Source: Spirochaetes bacterium GWF1_51_8 (GTDB lineage Bacteria; Spirochaetota; Brevinematia; Brevinematales; GWF1-51-8). From it: a DNA stretch of 15,404 nt. Position numbers and translations under genes: made by a program. The stretch spans positions 123,141-138,544 of the forward strand of contig MIBE01000032.1 in the NCBI GenBank assembly GCA_001829415.1, written 5' to 3'. This document shows, one piece after another, positions 6,607 through 13,388 of this stretch. Each line of letters starts with the position of its first letter. The first letter of the stretch is position 1. Below the pieces are notes generated by a model. That model searched no databases. It was not told the origin of the DNA and was given only the letters and a program-made list of their open reading frames with translations.

Positions 6607-7953
6607 TTAAAGAAGCGCGATCCCCTCTTCGATGCTTTTCACCGGCAGAACGGACAGGCCGTCGGGCGGCTTGATCCCTTTCTGCTGGAACGGGATGACC
6701 GCGCGTTTGAACCCCAGCCGTTTCGACTCCTGGAGCCGTTTCTCCATCCTGAATACCGGGCGGACCTCTCCGGTCAGCCCCGCTTCCCCGAAAACAATCG
6801 TATCCAGCGCCGAGGGTTTGTTCTTGAGCGACGAGTAGACCGCGAAAATGACCGCGAGGTCGAGCGCGGGGTCTTCGATCTTCAGGCCGCCCGTGATATT
6901 GACATAGACGTCGGACGCGGAAAGGTTCGCGCCGAGTTTTTTCTCCATGATCGCCGCGAGCATCGAGAGACGGTTGAGGTCGATCCCATCGGCGGCGCGG
7001 CGGGGATAGTTGAACTGCGACGCGGTACATAGCCCCTGTATCTCCACAGGGAATACGCGGTTCCCTTCGATCATCGGGAAAATCGCCACGCCGGAGACCT
7101 CGCCGGAATGGATCGAGGTGAACGCGGTCGAGATATCCTCGATCCCTGTCAATCCGCTCTCGCCCATCGTAAAAAATCCCACCTCGTCGGTAGAAAAGAA
7201 ACGGTTTTTCAGCGAACGTAAAATTCTGTAATAACCCCGGCTGTCGGTTTCGATATACAGCACGGTATCGACAAGGTGCTCGACTATTTTCGGCCCGGCG
7301 ATATCGCCGCCTTTGGTGATATGGCTGACTAAAAAGAGCGGGATACCCAGCCCTTTGGAGAGCGAGATGAGTTCGTGAGCGGACTCGCGCACCTGAAGGA
7401 CGCTTCCGGGCAGGGACGCGTAACGGGGCGAGTAAAGGGTTTGGAGCGAGTCGGCGAAAAGGATGTCCGGCTTATGCGTATCGATCTGCGAGACGACGTG
7501 TTCGAGGTTGTTGTCGTTGAGGAGATAGAGCCCGGCGGTCTTGATTCCGAGTCTCGCCGCTCGCGACTTGACCTGCGCGTTGGACTCCTCGCCGTTGATA
7601 TAGAAGACTTTACGGCCGACCGAAAGGGACGCGGCGGTCTGAAGAAGCAGGGTGGATTTCCCGATTCCCGGCTCGCCGGAGAGAAGCACCGCCTGCCCGG
7701 GTACGATCCCGCCCATCGCGCGGTCGAACTCCCCGATTCCGGTGGAGAAACGCGAGCTTTCGGAGTACTCGACCTTGTCGATGGCGATAGGGCCGGTTCC
7801 GGGGGTGTCATGCACGGATACCGCGGTATCGGCGGGAGACTCGACCTCTTCGACGAACGAGTTCCACTCGCCGCACTGGGGGCATTTACCGAGCCACTTG
7901 GTCGTTTTATATCCGCATTCCTGGCAGAGGAATACGCTGCGGGTTTTAGCCAT
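6607..7953 (-). CDS. radA: DNA repair protein RadA/Sms
   Basis: N-terminal zinc finger CQECGYKTTKWLGKCPQCGEWNS, Walker A GEPGIGKSTLLLQ, RadA-specific motif LKNRFFSTDEVGFF (a KNRFG variant), and a Lon-protease-like C-terminal domain (YVNITGGLKIEDPALDLAV, GEAGLTGEVRPV). Confidence 0.95.
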   Translation of the reverse strand: MAKTRSVFLCQECGYKTTKWLGKCPQCGEWNSFVEEVESPADTAVSVHDTPGTGPIAIDKVEYSESSRFSTGIGEFDRAMGGIVPGQAVLLSGEPGIGKSTLLLQTAASLSVGRKVFYINGEESNAQVKSRAARLGIKTAGLYLLNDNNLEHVVSQIDTHKPDILFADSLQTLYSPRYASLPGSVLQVRESAHELISLSKGLGIPLFLVSHITKGGDIAGPKIVEHLVDTVLYIETDSRGYYRILRSLKNRFFSTDEVGFFTMGESGLTGIEDISTAFTSIHSGEVSGVAIFPMIEGNRVFPVEIQGLCTASQFNYPRRAADGIDLNRLSMLAAIMEKKLGANLSASDVYVNITGGLKIEDPALDLAVIFAVYSSLKNKPSALDTIVFGEAGLTGEVRPVFRMEKRLQESKRLGFKRAVIPFQQKGIKPPDGLSVLPVKSIEEGIALL

Positions 7954-7958
7954 AAGGT

Positions 7959-8309
7959 TTATTTCTTGCCGGACTTCTTACCGGATTTCGCGGGAGCCTT
8001 TTCGGATGTGTGTTCCACATCCCAATCGTCTATCGGCGAATCGGATTCTTTTTTCTTTACGGCGGTCTTCGCGGCGGCGGTCTCTTCTTCTTCCTTGGGC
8101 TTCCGGTTGAAGATCAGGCGGTAGGTCAGCAGGCCGAGGAGATATCCGATCACGAGGGTGACGAGGATGATGACGATCACCGGCACAGACGGCGCGCTCC
8201 AAAACAGGAACGAGAGCGGGGCGGGCGTAAGGTTTTGGATAATGAGGACCGTGACTATAATGACGAGCAGGGCGATCGCGCCGATCTTGATTCCCGTTGC
8301 GGTTTTCAT
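7959..8309 (-). CDS. LapA-domain (DUF1049-like) inner-membrane protein with a Lys/Glu-rich tail
   Basis: Two TM helices flank the QN-containing motif (ALLVIIVTVLIIQNLTPAPLSFLFW...VPVIVIILVTLVIGYLLGLL), followed by a charged tail. AGGGGAG lies 6 nt before ATG (complement 8307-8309). The track's longer start (8363) would run through the promoter. The stop is 5 nt before the radA start, so the two are probably co-transcribed. Confidence 0.6.
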   Translation of the reverse strand: MKTATGIKIGAIALLVIIVTVLIIQNLTPAPLSFLFWSAPSVPVIVIILVTLVIGYLLGLLTYRLIFNRKPKEEEETAAAKTAVKKKESDSPIDDWDVEHTSEKAPAKSGKKSGKK

Positions 8310-8334
8310 AAGTTTCTCCCCTTGTGTTTGGGAT

Positions 8335-8363
8335 ATTGTAATACGCGGTGCGGGGTAAATCAA
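8335..8363 (-). promoter_or_regulatory. Putative sigma70-type promoter of the lapA-like/radA operon
   Basis: On the minus strand: TTGATT (complement of 8358-8363), a 17-nt spacer, then TACAAT (complement of 8335-8340), ~25 nt upstream of the ATG at 8309. Confidence 0.45.
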
Positions 8364-8475
8364 GTATTTACCGGAAACCGTCCGGATAAAGCGAAATCCA
8401 TCCTTTTCCGCCGGTATGGAAAAAATCTTCCCCCAAGTGACACTTTATCCAGAAAGCCTTGTTAAATAAGCAGTC

Positions 8476-8503
8476 TCTAAAATTTGTAATACCAGATTTT
8501 AGA
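8476..8503. promoter_or_regulatory. Inverted repeat (possible operator or 5'-UTR hairpin) upstream of the TonB-dependent receptor gene
   Basis: TCTAAAAT (8476-8483) and ATTTTAGA (8496-8503) form a perfect 8-bp inverted repeat with a 12-nt spacer. It ends 13 nt before the RBS GGAGG (8517-8521). It is not Fur-box-like. Confidence 0.25.
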
Positions 8504-8526
8504 AATTAAAAATTCCGGAGGTTGGA

Positions 8527-10872
8527 ATGAAAAAGTTACTGTTTGCTTTATTGGTAATCGGGCTGGCGAAGACCGGCTTGTTTTCTGCGGTGCTGAAGAT
8601 TCATGTATTCGACAACAAGAATCAGCCCGTGCACAACGCGGCGGTGTCCATAGTGGAACTGAACCGCCTTTTCAATACATCGGACGGTCCCGAGATTACG
8701 GTCGAGGTGACAAACGGTGTGTATACCCTGATCGCGGCGGCGGAAGGTTATTATAAGAAAAAACAAAGCGTCGCGGTGAATGGTGACCGGACGATCGATA
8801 TTGTAATCACCGGCGGGACCTACAATCTCGGCGAAATCACCGTGTTCGGAAAGGCCAACAAAGGCGAAGCGATCAGCAAGACAAAGGTTTCCGAAGGACA
8901 GATTAAGGAAGTCACGCAGGGTTTTGTCAACGATGTGGTAAAGACATTGCAGATGATGCCGGGTGTCGCGACAAGCGGAAGCACCTTCGATAGCCGGATG
9001 TATATTCAGGGCGGGACGTTCTGGGAAACCATTTCAAGTTTCGACAATATCATTGTCATTACCCCGTTCCGTTGGGGCGGAAGAATCTCCATCTTCAACC
9101 CGAACTGGGTGAACGAGATCGAGTTATACACGGCGGCCTTCCCGTCCATCTACGGACAGGGATTGTCCGGTGTGATCGACGTAAAGAGTAAAGACGGAAA
9201 GACGAACGCGATCGGGGGTCTTTTCGATCTCTCTGCCGCTACGATGGAATTTATGCTCGAAGGCCCGTTGGGACCGAACGATACCTTTCTTATCAACTTG
9301 CGCCGGACGTTCTATGATTTTATCGCTAACGGCGGACAGGCGGGTGTGCAATATCCATACTTTTGGGACGGCTTATTGAAATACAGCCATATGTTCAACC
9401 CGAATGAAAAACTTTCTTTCGACGTGTTCGGTTCCGCGGAGGGAATGAAAGTGACACTTTCCGCGTCCGATGTCGATCCGAACATGGCGGGCGGGAATTT
9501 CGAATATCTCACCTATATCCTCATCGCCTCCTGTAATTATTATTCTAAGTCCGAGTTGGGCGACGAATTAATCCTGACGGGCGGTTTTACATATAACAGG
9601 CAGGACCTCAATTATAACCAGGATATCGCCACTCAGTTTAAAATTCTGGGAGACCAGTACTCCGGACAATTGGGATTGAACTACTATATCAACTCGCTCG
9701 AACGGAACCGTATCAAGCTCGGTTTTGTTACTATCGGGTACAAAGCCCGTTTGGAATCGGATATCGATCAGTATGTCCTGGATTACGCCATGAACTGGAC
9801 GAATATCGCGAATGTCCACAATGTCAACGATAACATCTATATCCTATACAGCAGCGCGTATGCGATGGACGGCATCGAATTGTTCGATAACTTCATCATT
9901 CAGGCGGGCGTGCGCGGCGAAGTCTTCAAGGCGTATATCGCGGACGGACAGGAGACCGGGTGGATGTATAATATCAACCCCCTCGTCGGTTTGAAGCTCG
10001 AGTTTACTAAGTATTGGGACGTTTTCGTGCGGGCTTCTAAGGCCAATCAATTCCCGTTCAATGTCAACAATCTTCTCTTCAACTACAACATCAAGGATGA
10101 AAGGAACTATCAGGCTATCGCCGGAATCGATTTTGAAAACAAGGAACTTTGCTTCCGGTTGGAAGGGTTTTATAAATCTTATAATAACATCGTCGAACAG
10201 GATATTGCGTCGCAACTGAATAATAACGGCCTGCGCGAAGCGTTCGGATTCGACGTCTACCTTCAGAAAAAGGCCGAGCCCAACGGCTGGTTTAACGGAT
10301 GGGTGTCCTATACCTATATCAACGCGATCGAAAAGATAACAAACCGTTCGCCCGAAACCCTCGCCCAGCAGTATAAGTCGCCGCTTGACGAATGGTTCGT
10401 TCCCGATTATGTCCGCAACCACACCGCTTCGGCGATCGTGGAATTTACATACCGCACTAACGATACGACCCCCGGACTCAATTTTATGAAGGATTGGAAG
10501 ATCAGCCTCGATGTCCGCGTGATGAGCGGGAAGCCTTACACCCCCGCCACCAACTTTTCCCAGCTCGCTATTACAAACGGAACCGACGTCTACCAGAAGT
10601 TTCTGCTTTACTACGGAAAATTCAATAGCGAATGGACCGCTCCCCAGATCAATATTAGTCTGAAAATATCGTTCCCGTACTCCCTGTTCTCCCTGCTGGA
10701 ACTTTTCGGGGTAAAAAATTTCGAAACGTCGAGTTATTTCTCGTTTGGCAACCTGCTGAACTGGGAAAACGTCGTGGATTATTCGTATACTGTCAAGGAC
10801 GGCGCGCTTCAGAAGGTGGCGATCAAGGACCTCGGGTTTACGTTTTTAGGCGGAATGCAGATCAAGTTCTAA
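8527..10872 (+). CDS. TonB-dependent outer-membrane receptor with an N-terminal carboxypeptidase-regulatory-like domain
   Basis: Signal peptide MKKLLFALLVIGLAKTGLFSA. CarbopepD_reg-like beta-sandwich (LKIHVFDNKNQPVHNAAVSIVE...YTLIAAAEGYYKK). TonB-box-like LGEITVFG. Plug motifs (VKTLQMMPGVATSG, RMYIQGG, ELYTAAFPSIYGQGLSGVIDVKSKDG). A long beta-barrel region ends in the OMP-typical ...GGMQIKF. Confidence 0.85.
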   Translation: MKKLLFALLVIGLAKTGLFSAVLKIHVFDNKNQPVHNAAVSIVELNRLFNTSDGPEITVEVTNGVYTLIAAAEGYYKKKQSVAVNGDRTIDIVITGGTYNLGEITVFGKANKGEAISKTKVSEGQIKEVTQGFVNDVVKTLQMMPGVATSGSTFDSRMYIQGGTFWETISSFDNIIVITPFRWGGRISIFNPNWVNEIELYTAAFPSIYGQGLSGVIDVKSKDGKTNAIGGLFDLSAATMEFMLEGPLGPNDTFLINLRRTFYDFIANGGQAGVQYPYFWDGLLKYSHMFNPNEKLSFDVFGSAEGMKVTLSASDVDPNMAGGNFEYLTYILIASCNYYSKSELGDELILTGGFTYNRQDLNYNQDIATQFKILGDQYSGQLGLNYYINSLERNRIKLGFVTIGYKARLESDIDQYVLDYAMNWTNIANVHNVNDNIYILYSSAYAMDGIELFDNFIIQAGVRGEVFKAYIADGQETGWMYNINPLVGLKLEFTKYWDVFVRASKANQFPFNVNNLLFNYNIKDERNYQAIAGIDFENKELCFRLEGFYKSYNNIVEQDIASQLNNNGLREAFGFDVYLQKKAEPNGWFNGWVSYTYINAIEKITNRSPETLAQQYKSPLDEWFVPDYVRNHTASAIVEFTYRTNDTTPGLNFMKDWKISLDVRVMSGKPYTPATNFSQLAITNGTDVYQKFLLYYGKFNSEWTAPQINISLKISFPYSLFSLLELFGVKNFETSSYFSFGNLLNWENVVDYSYTVKDGALQKVAIKDLGFTFLGGMQIKF

Positions 10873-10898
10873 TAGAAAAATAAGTGAGGAAACAAAAA

Positions 10899-11666
10899 AT
10901 GTATAAGAAAACAATTCTTTTATTGGGGTTAGTGATTGGCGCGCCGTTAATGGCCGCGGGACAAAGTACGAATGCCGTTACCAATGCGCAGACGGCGGGG
11001 ATAGTCAGTAACACGAAAGCGGGAGTAAATCCCGCTCCCGCCCCGAAGCAGGAAAGTTCCAGCTTTAATATTAAAGAGTTTATGGATATGGGCGGTATCT
11101 TCATGTGGCCTCTTCTGCTCTTTTCGGTCCTCGGGATGGCATACTTGATGGAACGCGGCTTCTTCTATTTTCGCAGACGTGTAAACGACGAGAAACTGTT
11201 CGCGATGTGCAAGAACGGCGGATCGGTCGGAGATATTAAAAAACATATTGAAAAAAATCCTTCGCGTCTCGGGGATGTCCTGAGCGAAGTAATGCGGCTC
11301 TCAGATACCCGGAAAAGTATTATGGAGTTGGATGAAGTACTCGAAGCGTCGCTCAATATCCATATCCTGAATCTCCAGAAAGGGTTCGTCATCATCAATA
11401 CTCTGATTAATCTTTCGCCGCTTGTCGGCTTTCTCGGAACGGTCTCGGGGATGATCTTCGCCTTCCGCACCATCTCGTTCGCGGAACAAGTCTCGATCAG
11501 TCTTGTCGCGCAGGGGATTTATGAAGCGCTGATTACTACGGAAGTAGGCTTGGTGATCGCTATCGTCCTTAACTTCGTATACAGCATGTTTGTGAATAAA
11601 GTGGAAAACTTCACAAGCAAGACGATCGACGCGGGCGAGAACCTGATAGAAAAACTGGTCAGTTAA
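10899..11666 (+). CDS. exbB: MotA/TolQ/ExbB-family proton channel with an N-terminal signal peptide and periplasmic extension
   Basis: Characteristic blocks are FMWPLLLFSVLGMAYLMERGFFY, LSPLVGFLGTVSGMIFAF and GIYEALITTEVGLVIAIVLNFVY. GAGGA (10886-10890) lies 8 nt before ATG 10899, preferred over GTG 10884. The N-terminus MYKKTILLLGLVIGAPLMAAGQS looks like a signal peptide. Confidence 0.88.
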   Translation: MYKKTILLLGLVIGAPLMAAGQSTNAVTNAQTAGIVSNTKAGVNPAPAPKQESSSFNIKEFMDMGGIFMWPLLLFSVLGMAYLMERGFFYFRRRVNDEKLFAMCKNGGSVGDIKKHIEKNPSRLGDVLSEVMRLSDTRKSIMELDEVLEASLNIHILNLQKGFVIINTLINLSPLVGFLGTVSGMIFAFRTISFAEQVSISLVAQGIYEALITTEVGLVIAIVLNFVYSMFVNKVENFTSKTIDAGENLIEKLVS

Positions 11667-11667
11667 A

Positions 11668-12057
11668 ATGAGAACGATCAAAGTAGGCGGAAAAAGGGTC
11701 AGCACGGAGATTCCTACTTCGAGCCAGTCCGATATCGCGTTTTTGTTGATCATCTTCTTTGTGATCACGACGTCGTTCGCGCTGAAAACGGGTATCAAGC
11801 TCGATATGCCGAAAAAGTCGGAAACGGTAAAGATGGTGAGCGTCCAGCAGATCGATAAAGTGCTGATCACGAAGGACGGATACCGGATTAACGGCAGTAT
11901 GACGCCGGAAGAGGAACTGCCCGCAGTGCTCGTGACATTGAACAGGCCGAACCTGCTGGTTGAAATCCAGAAGGGTGTGAAGTACCAGCATGTCCTGACA
12001 CTAATCGGGATGATACCCGCTACGGGCGCGAAAATTTCTATCAGGATGGAAAAATGA
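11668..12057 (+). CDS. exbD: ExbD/TolR-family biopolymer transport protein (copy 1)
   Basis: N-terminal TM helix with the conserved Asp (SQSDIAFLLIIFFVITTSF) and an ExbD-like periplasmic domain. The start is 1 nt after the exbB stop. Confidence 0.85.
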   Translation: MRTIKVGGKRVSTEIPTSSQSDIAFLLIIFFVITTSFALKTGIKLDMPKKSETVKMVSVQQIDKVLITKDGYRINGSMTPEEELPAVLVTLNRPNLLVEIQKGVKYQHVLTLIGMIPATGAKISIRMEK

Positions 12058-12470
12058 AATTACGAAAAACTTTTTCCAATATCAATATCCCCGTTGCCGC
12101 AATGGCGGATATCGCGTTTCTCCTGCTGATCTTTCTCATGGTCGTCTCTTCGATGGACCAGAGTAAGAAGATCAAGATCAATCCTCCGACAGTCGTCCAA
12201 ACCTCGTCGATCTCACAGGACAAGGTATTTACGGTATTCGTGGATAAGGACGGTTTTTACTTTTATAAGGGCGAGGGTAAGGATGTGAGCGAGCTCGAAT
12301 TCCTTTACGAGAAACACGCAAGCCTTTTCCCCGATGCGATTGTGCAGATAGTCGGAGATCAGGAAACGGAGTATGAATCGATCGATCTCTTGCTGAATAC
12401 GCTCCGGAAAAACGGACGGATCGATGTGGCGTTTATCGCGAAAAAACAGGGCGGGGGAGGCGGTCAATGA
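12054..12470 (+). CDS. exbD: ExbD/TolR-family biopolymer transport protein (copy 2)
   Basis: TM helix with the conserved Asp (AAMADIAFLLLIFLMVVSS) and a periplasmic domain. ATGA overlaps occur at both ends (12054-12057 and 12467-12470). Confidence 0.85.
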   Translation: MKLRKTFSNINIPVAAMADIAFLLLIFLMVVSSMDQSKKIKINPPTVVQTSSISQDKVFTVFVDKDGFYFYKGEGKDVSELEFLYEKHASLFPDAIVQIVGDQETEYESIDLLLNTLRKNGRIDVAFIAKKQGGGGGQ

Positions 12471-12997
12471 AAATCAAGTGGTTGATCGGTTCCCTTACCC
12501 TTCACCTTGTTATCATCCTGGTGTTCCAAATCCGGATGGGGAGTAAAGGTTCTCAGCCGGTACCCGTCAATATTATTCGGATACAGGATTTCCAGGCACA
12601 GGAAGCGGTCGCTGAGGTTTCCGGGGATATCCGTGAAGTCAAACAGCAGGTGATCGAGACCAATATCGTCAATAAGACCCAAAACGTTTATCCGTCCGGC
12701 CCGACCAATTTCTATCCGTTCTATATGGTAGATTCCTTGCCGACCGCGATCGGCGATATCGATCCGCCGTATCCCGCGCAAGCGCGGAAACTCGGCATCG
12801 AAGGCAAGGTAGTTCTGCTCGCGGATATCGATGAGAATGGAATTGTCCGGCATGTAAAAATCGAATCGTCCCCGCACGATTGCCTCTCGCAGTCAGCGTC
12901 GAACACGATCTTCCTGACAAAGTTCGTCCCGGCGAAGATCAACGGTATCTGCCAGCCGGTAGAAGTGCGGTTGACGCTGAATTTCAAATTAGAATGA
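12467..12997 (+). CDS. tonB: TonB-family energy transducer (short form)
   Basis: N-terminal anchor with SxxxH (GSLTLHLVIILVF). The C-terminal TonB_C domain (PPYPAQARKLGIEGKVVLLADIDENGIVRHVKIESS...VEVRLTLNFKLE) carries the YP motif. It is translationally coupled to exbD. Confidence 0.8.
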   Translation: MKIKWLIGSLTLHLVIILVFQIRMGSKGSQPVPVNIIRIQDFQAQEAVAEVSGDIREVKQQVIETNIVNKTQNVYPSGPTNFYPFYMVDSLPTAIGDIDPPYPAQARKLGIEGKVVLLADIDENGIVRHVKIESSPHDCLSQSASNTIFLTKFVPAKINGICQPVEVRLTLNFKLE

Positions 12998-13388
12998 GGT
13001 ATTGTGTACGGCTAATCCCATTATGATTGTTGTACTATATATTTTTAGTGAGCCTGCGACAAAGCTGAGTTGCGAAATCGAACCGTGTACCGCGGTCATT
13101 GCGTGACAGCTAATGCCTTTACAAATGTGATACGAGCTTTTAAATGATAGCCTGCGATGGGACACGAACCGCCGGTAGTATGGCCTCGGATTGCACATCC
13201 TTCGGCAGGCTCAGGATGACATGCCGGTCGAGGGATGCGGGGGCGGAAATGCAATAAAAGTCATTAAGGTGTTCGATTAAATCCGTGCGGATCAGTAAAG
13301 TCCGTGTCATCCGCGTTCTGTTGGGGCTGAATATTCATCCCAATTCGGCACGGATAACGCGTATTATAAGGATTAGCGCGCGCGGCGC

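Noticed and set aside
5488-6708. The radA-end repeat pair considered as a diversity-generating retroelement TR/VR pair
   Set aside because: No reverse transcriptase gene is present. The differences between the copies are not restricted to adenine positions and include indels and an in-frame stop. The repeat also spans the stop codon, which fits a duplication or integration scar better.
6545-8124. Alternative-frame and antisense ORFs across radA and the lapA-like gene (6545-7030 -, 7329-7811 -, 7375-8124 +, 7652-8110 +, 7978-8202 -, 8010-8465 +)
   Set aside because: All overlap the well-supported radA and lapA-like frames. Their translations are Arg/Pro/Gly/Ser-rich low-complexity strings typical of off-frame reading of GC-rich coding DNA.
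8364-8526. Possible riboswitch (for example cobalamin) or Fur box upstream of the TonB-dependent receptor
   Set aside because: I found no B12-box-like core, no other riboswitch consensus I recognise, and no GATAATGATAATCATTATC-like Fur box. Only the short AT-rich inverted repeat was retained, as a low-confidence feature.
364-10898. Longer N-terminal extensions given by the ORF track (TTG 364, GTG 3005, GTG 4272, ATG 8363 on the minus strand, GTG 10884)
   Set aside because: In each case a downstream ATG has a properly spaced Shine-Dalgarno sequence and gives a sensible N-terminus (a signal peptide or family-typical start). For 8363, the extension would run through the predicted promoter.
13071-13180. 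tRNA-like GGTTCG(A/T) motifs on the minus strand (complements of CGAACC at 13079-13085 and 13165-13171)
   Set aside because: The flanking bases do not form a 5-bp T-stem, and no acceptor or anticodon arms could be built. These are not tRNA genes or obvious tRNA fragments.
12989-13198. 69-aa minus-strand ORF in the tonB/PilZ convergent gap, and a 27-aa + ORF at 13023-13106
   Set aside because: Neither has an RBS, and the translations are Cys/His/Ser/Arg-rich or featureless. The minus-strand ORF's 3' end overlaps the tonB stop. Neither is supportable as coding from sequence alone.
13328-13337. Perfect 10-bp palindrome TGAATATTCA
   Set aside because: About one 10-bp perfect palindrome per kb is expected by chance, and nothing in the context singles this one out.
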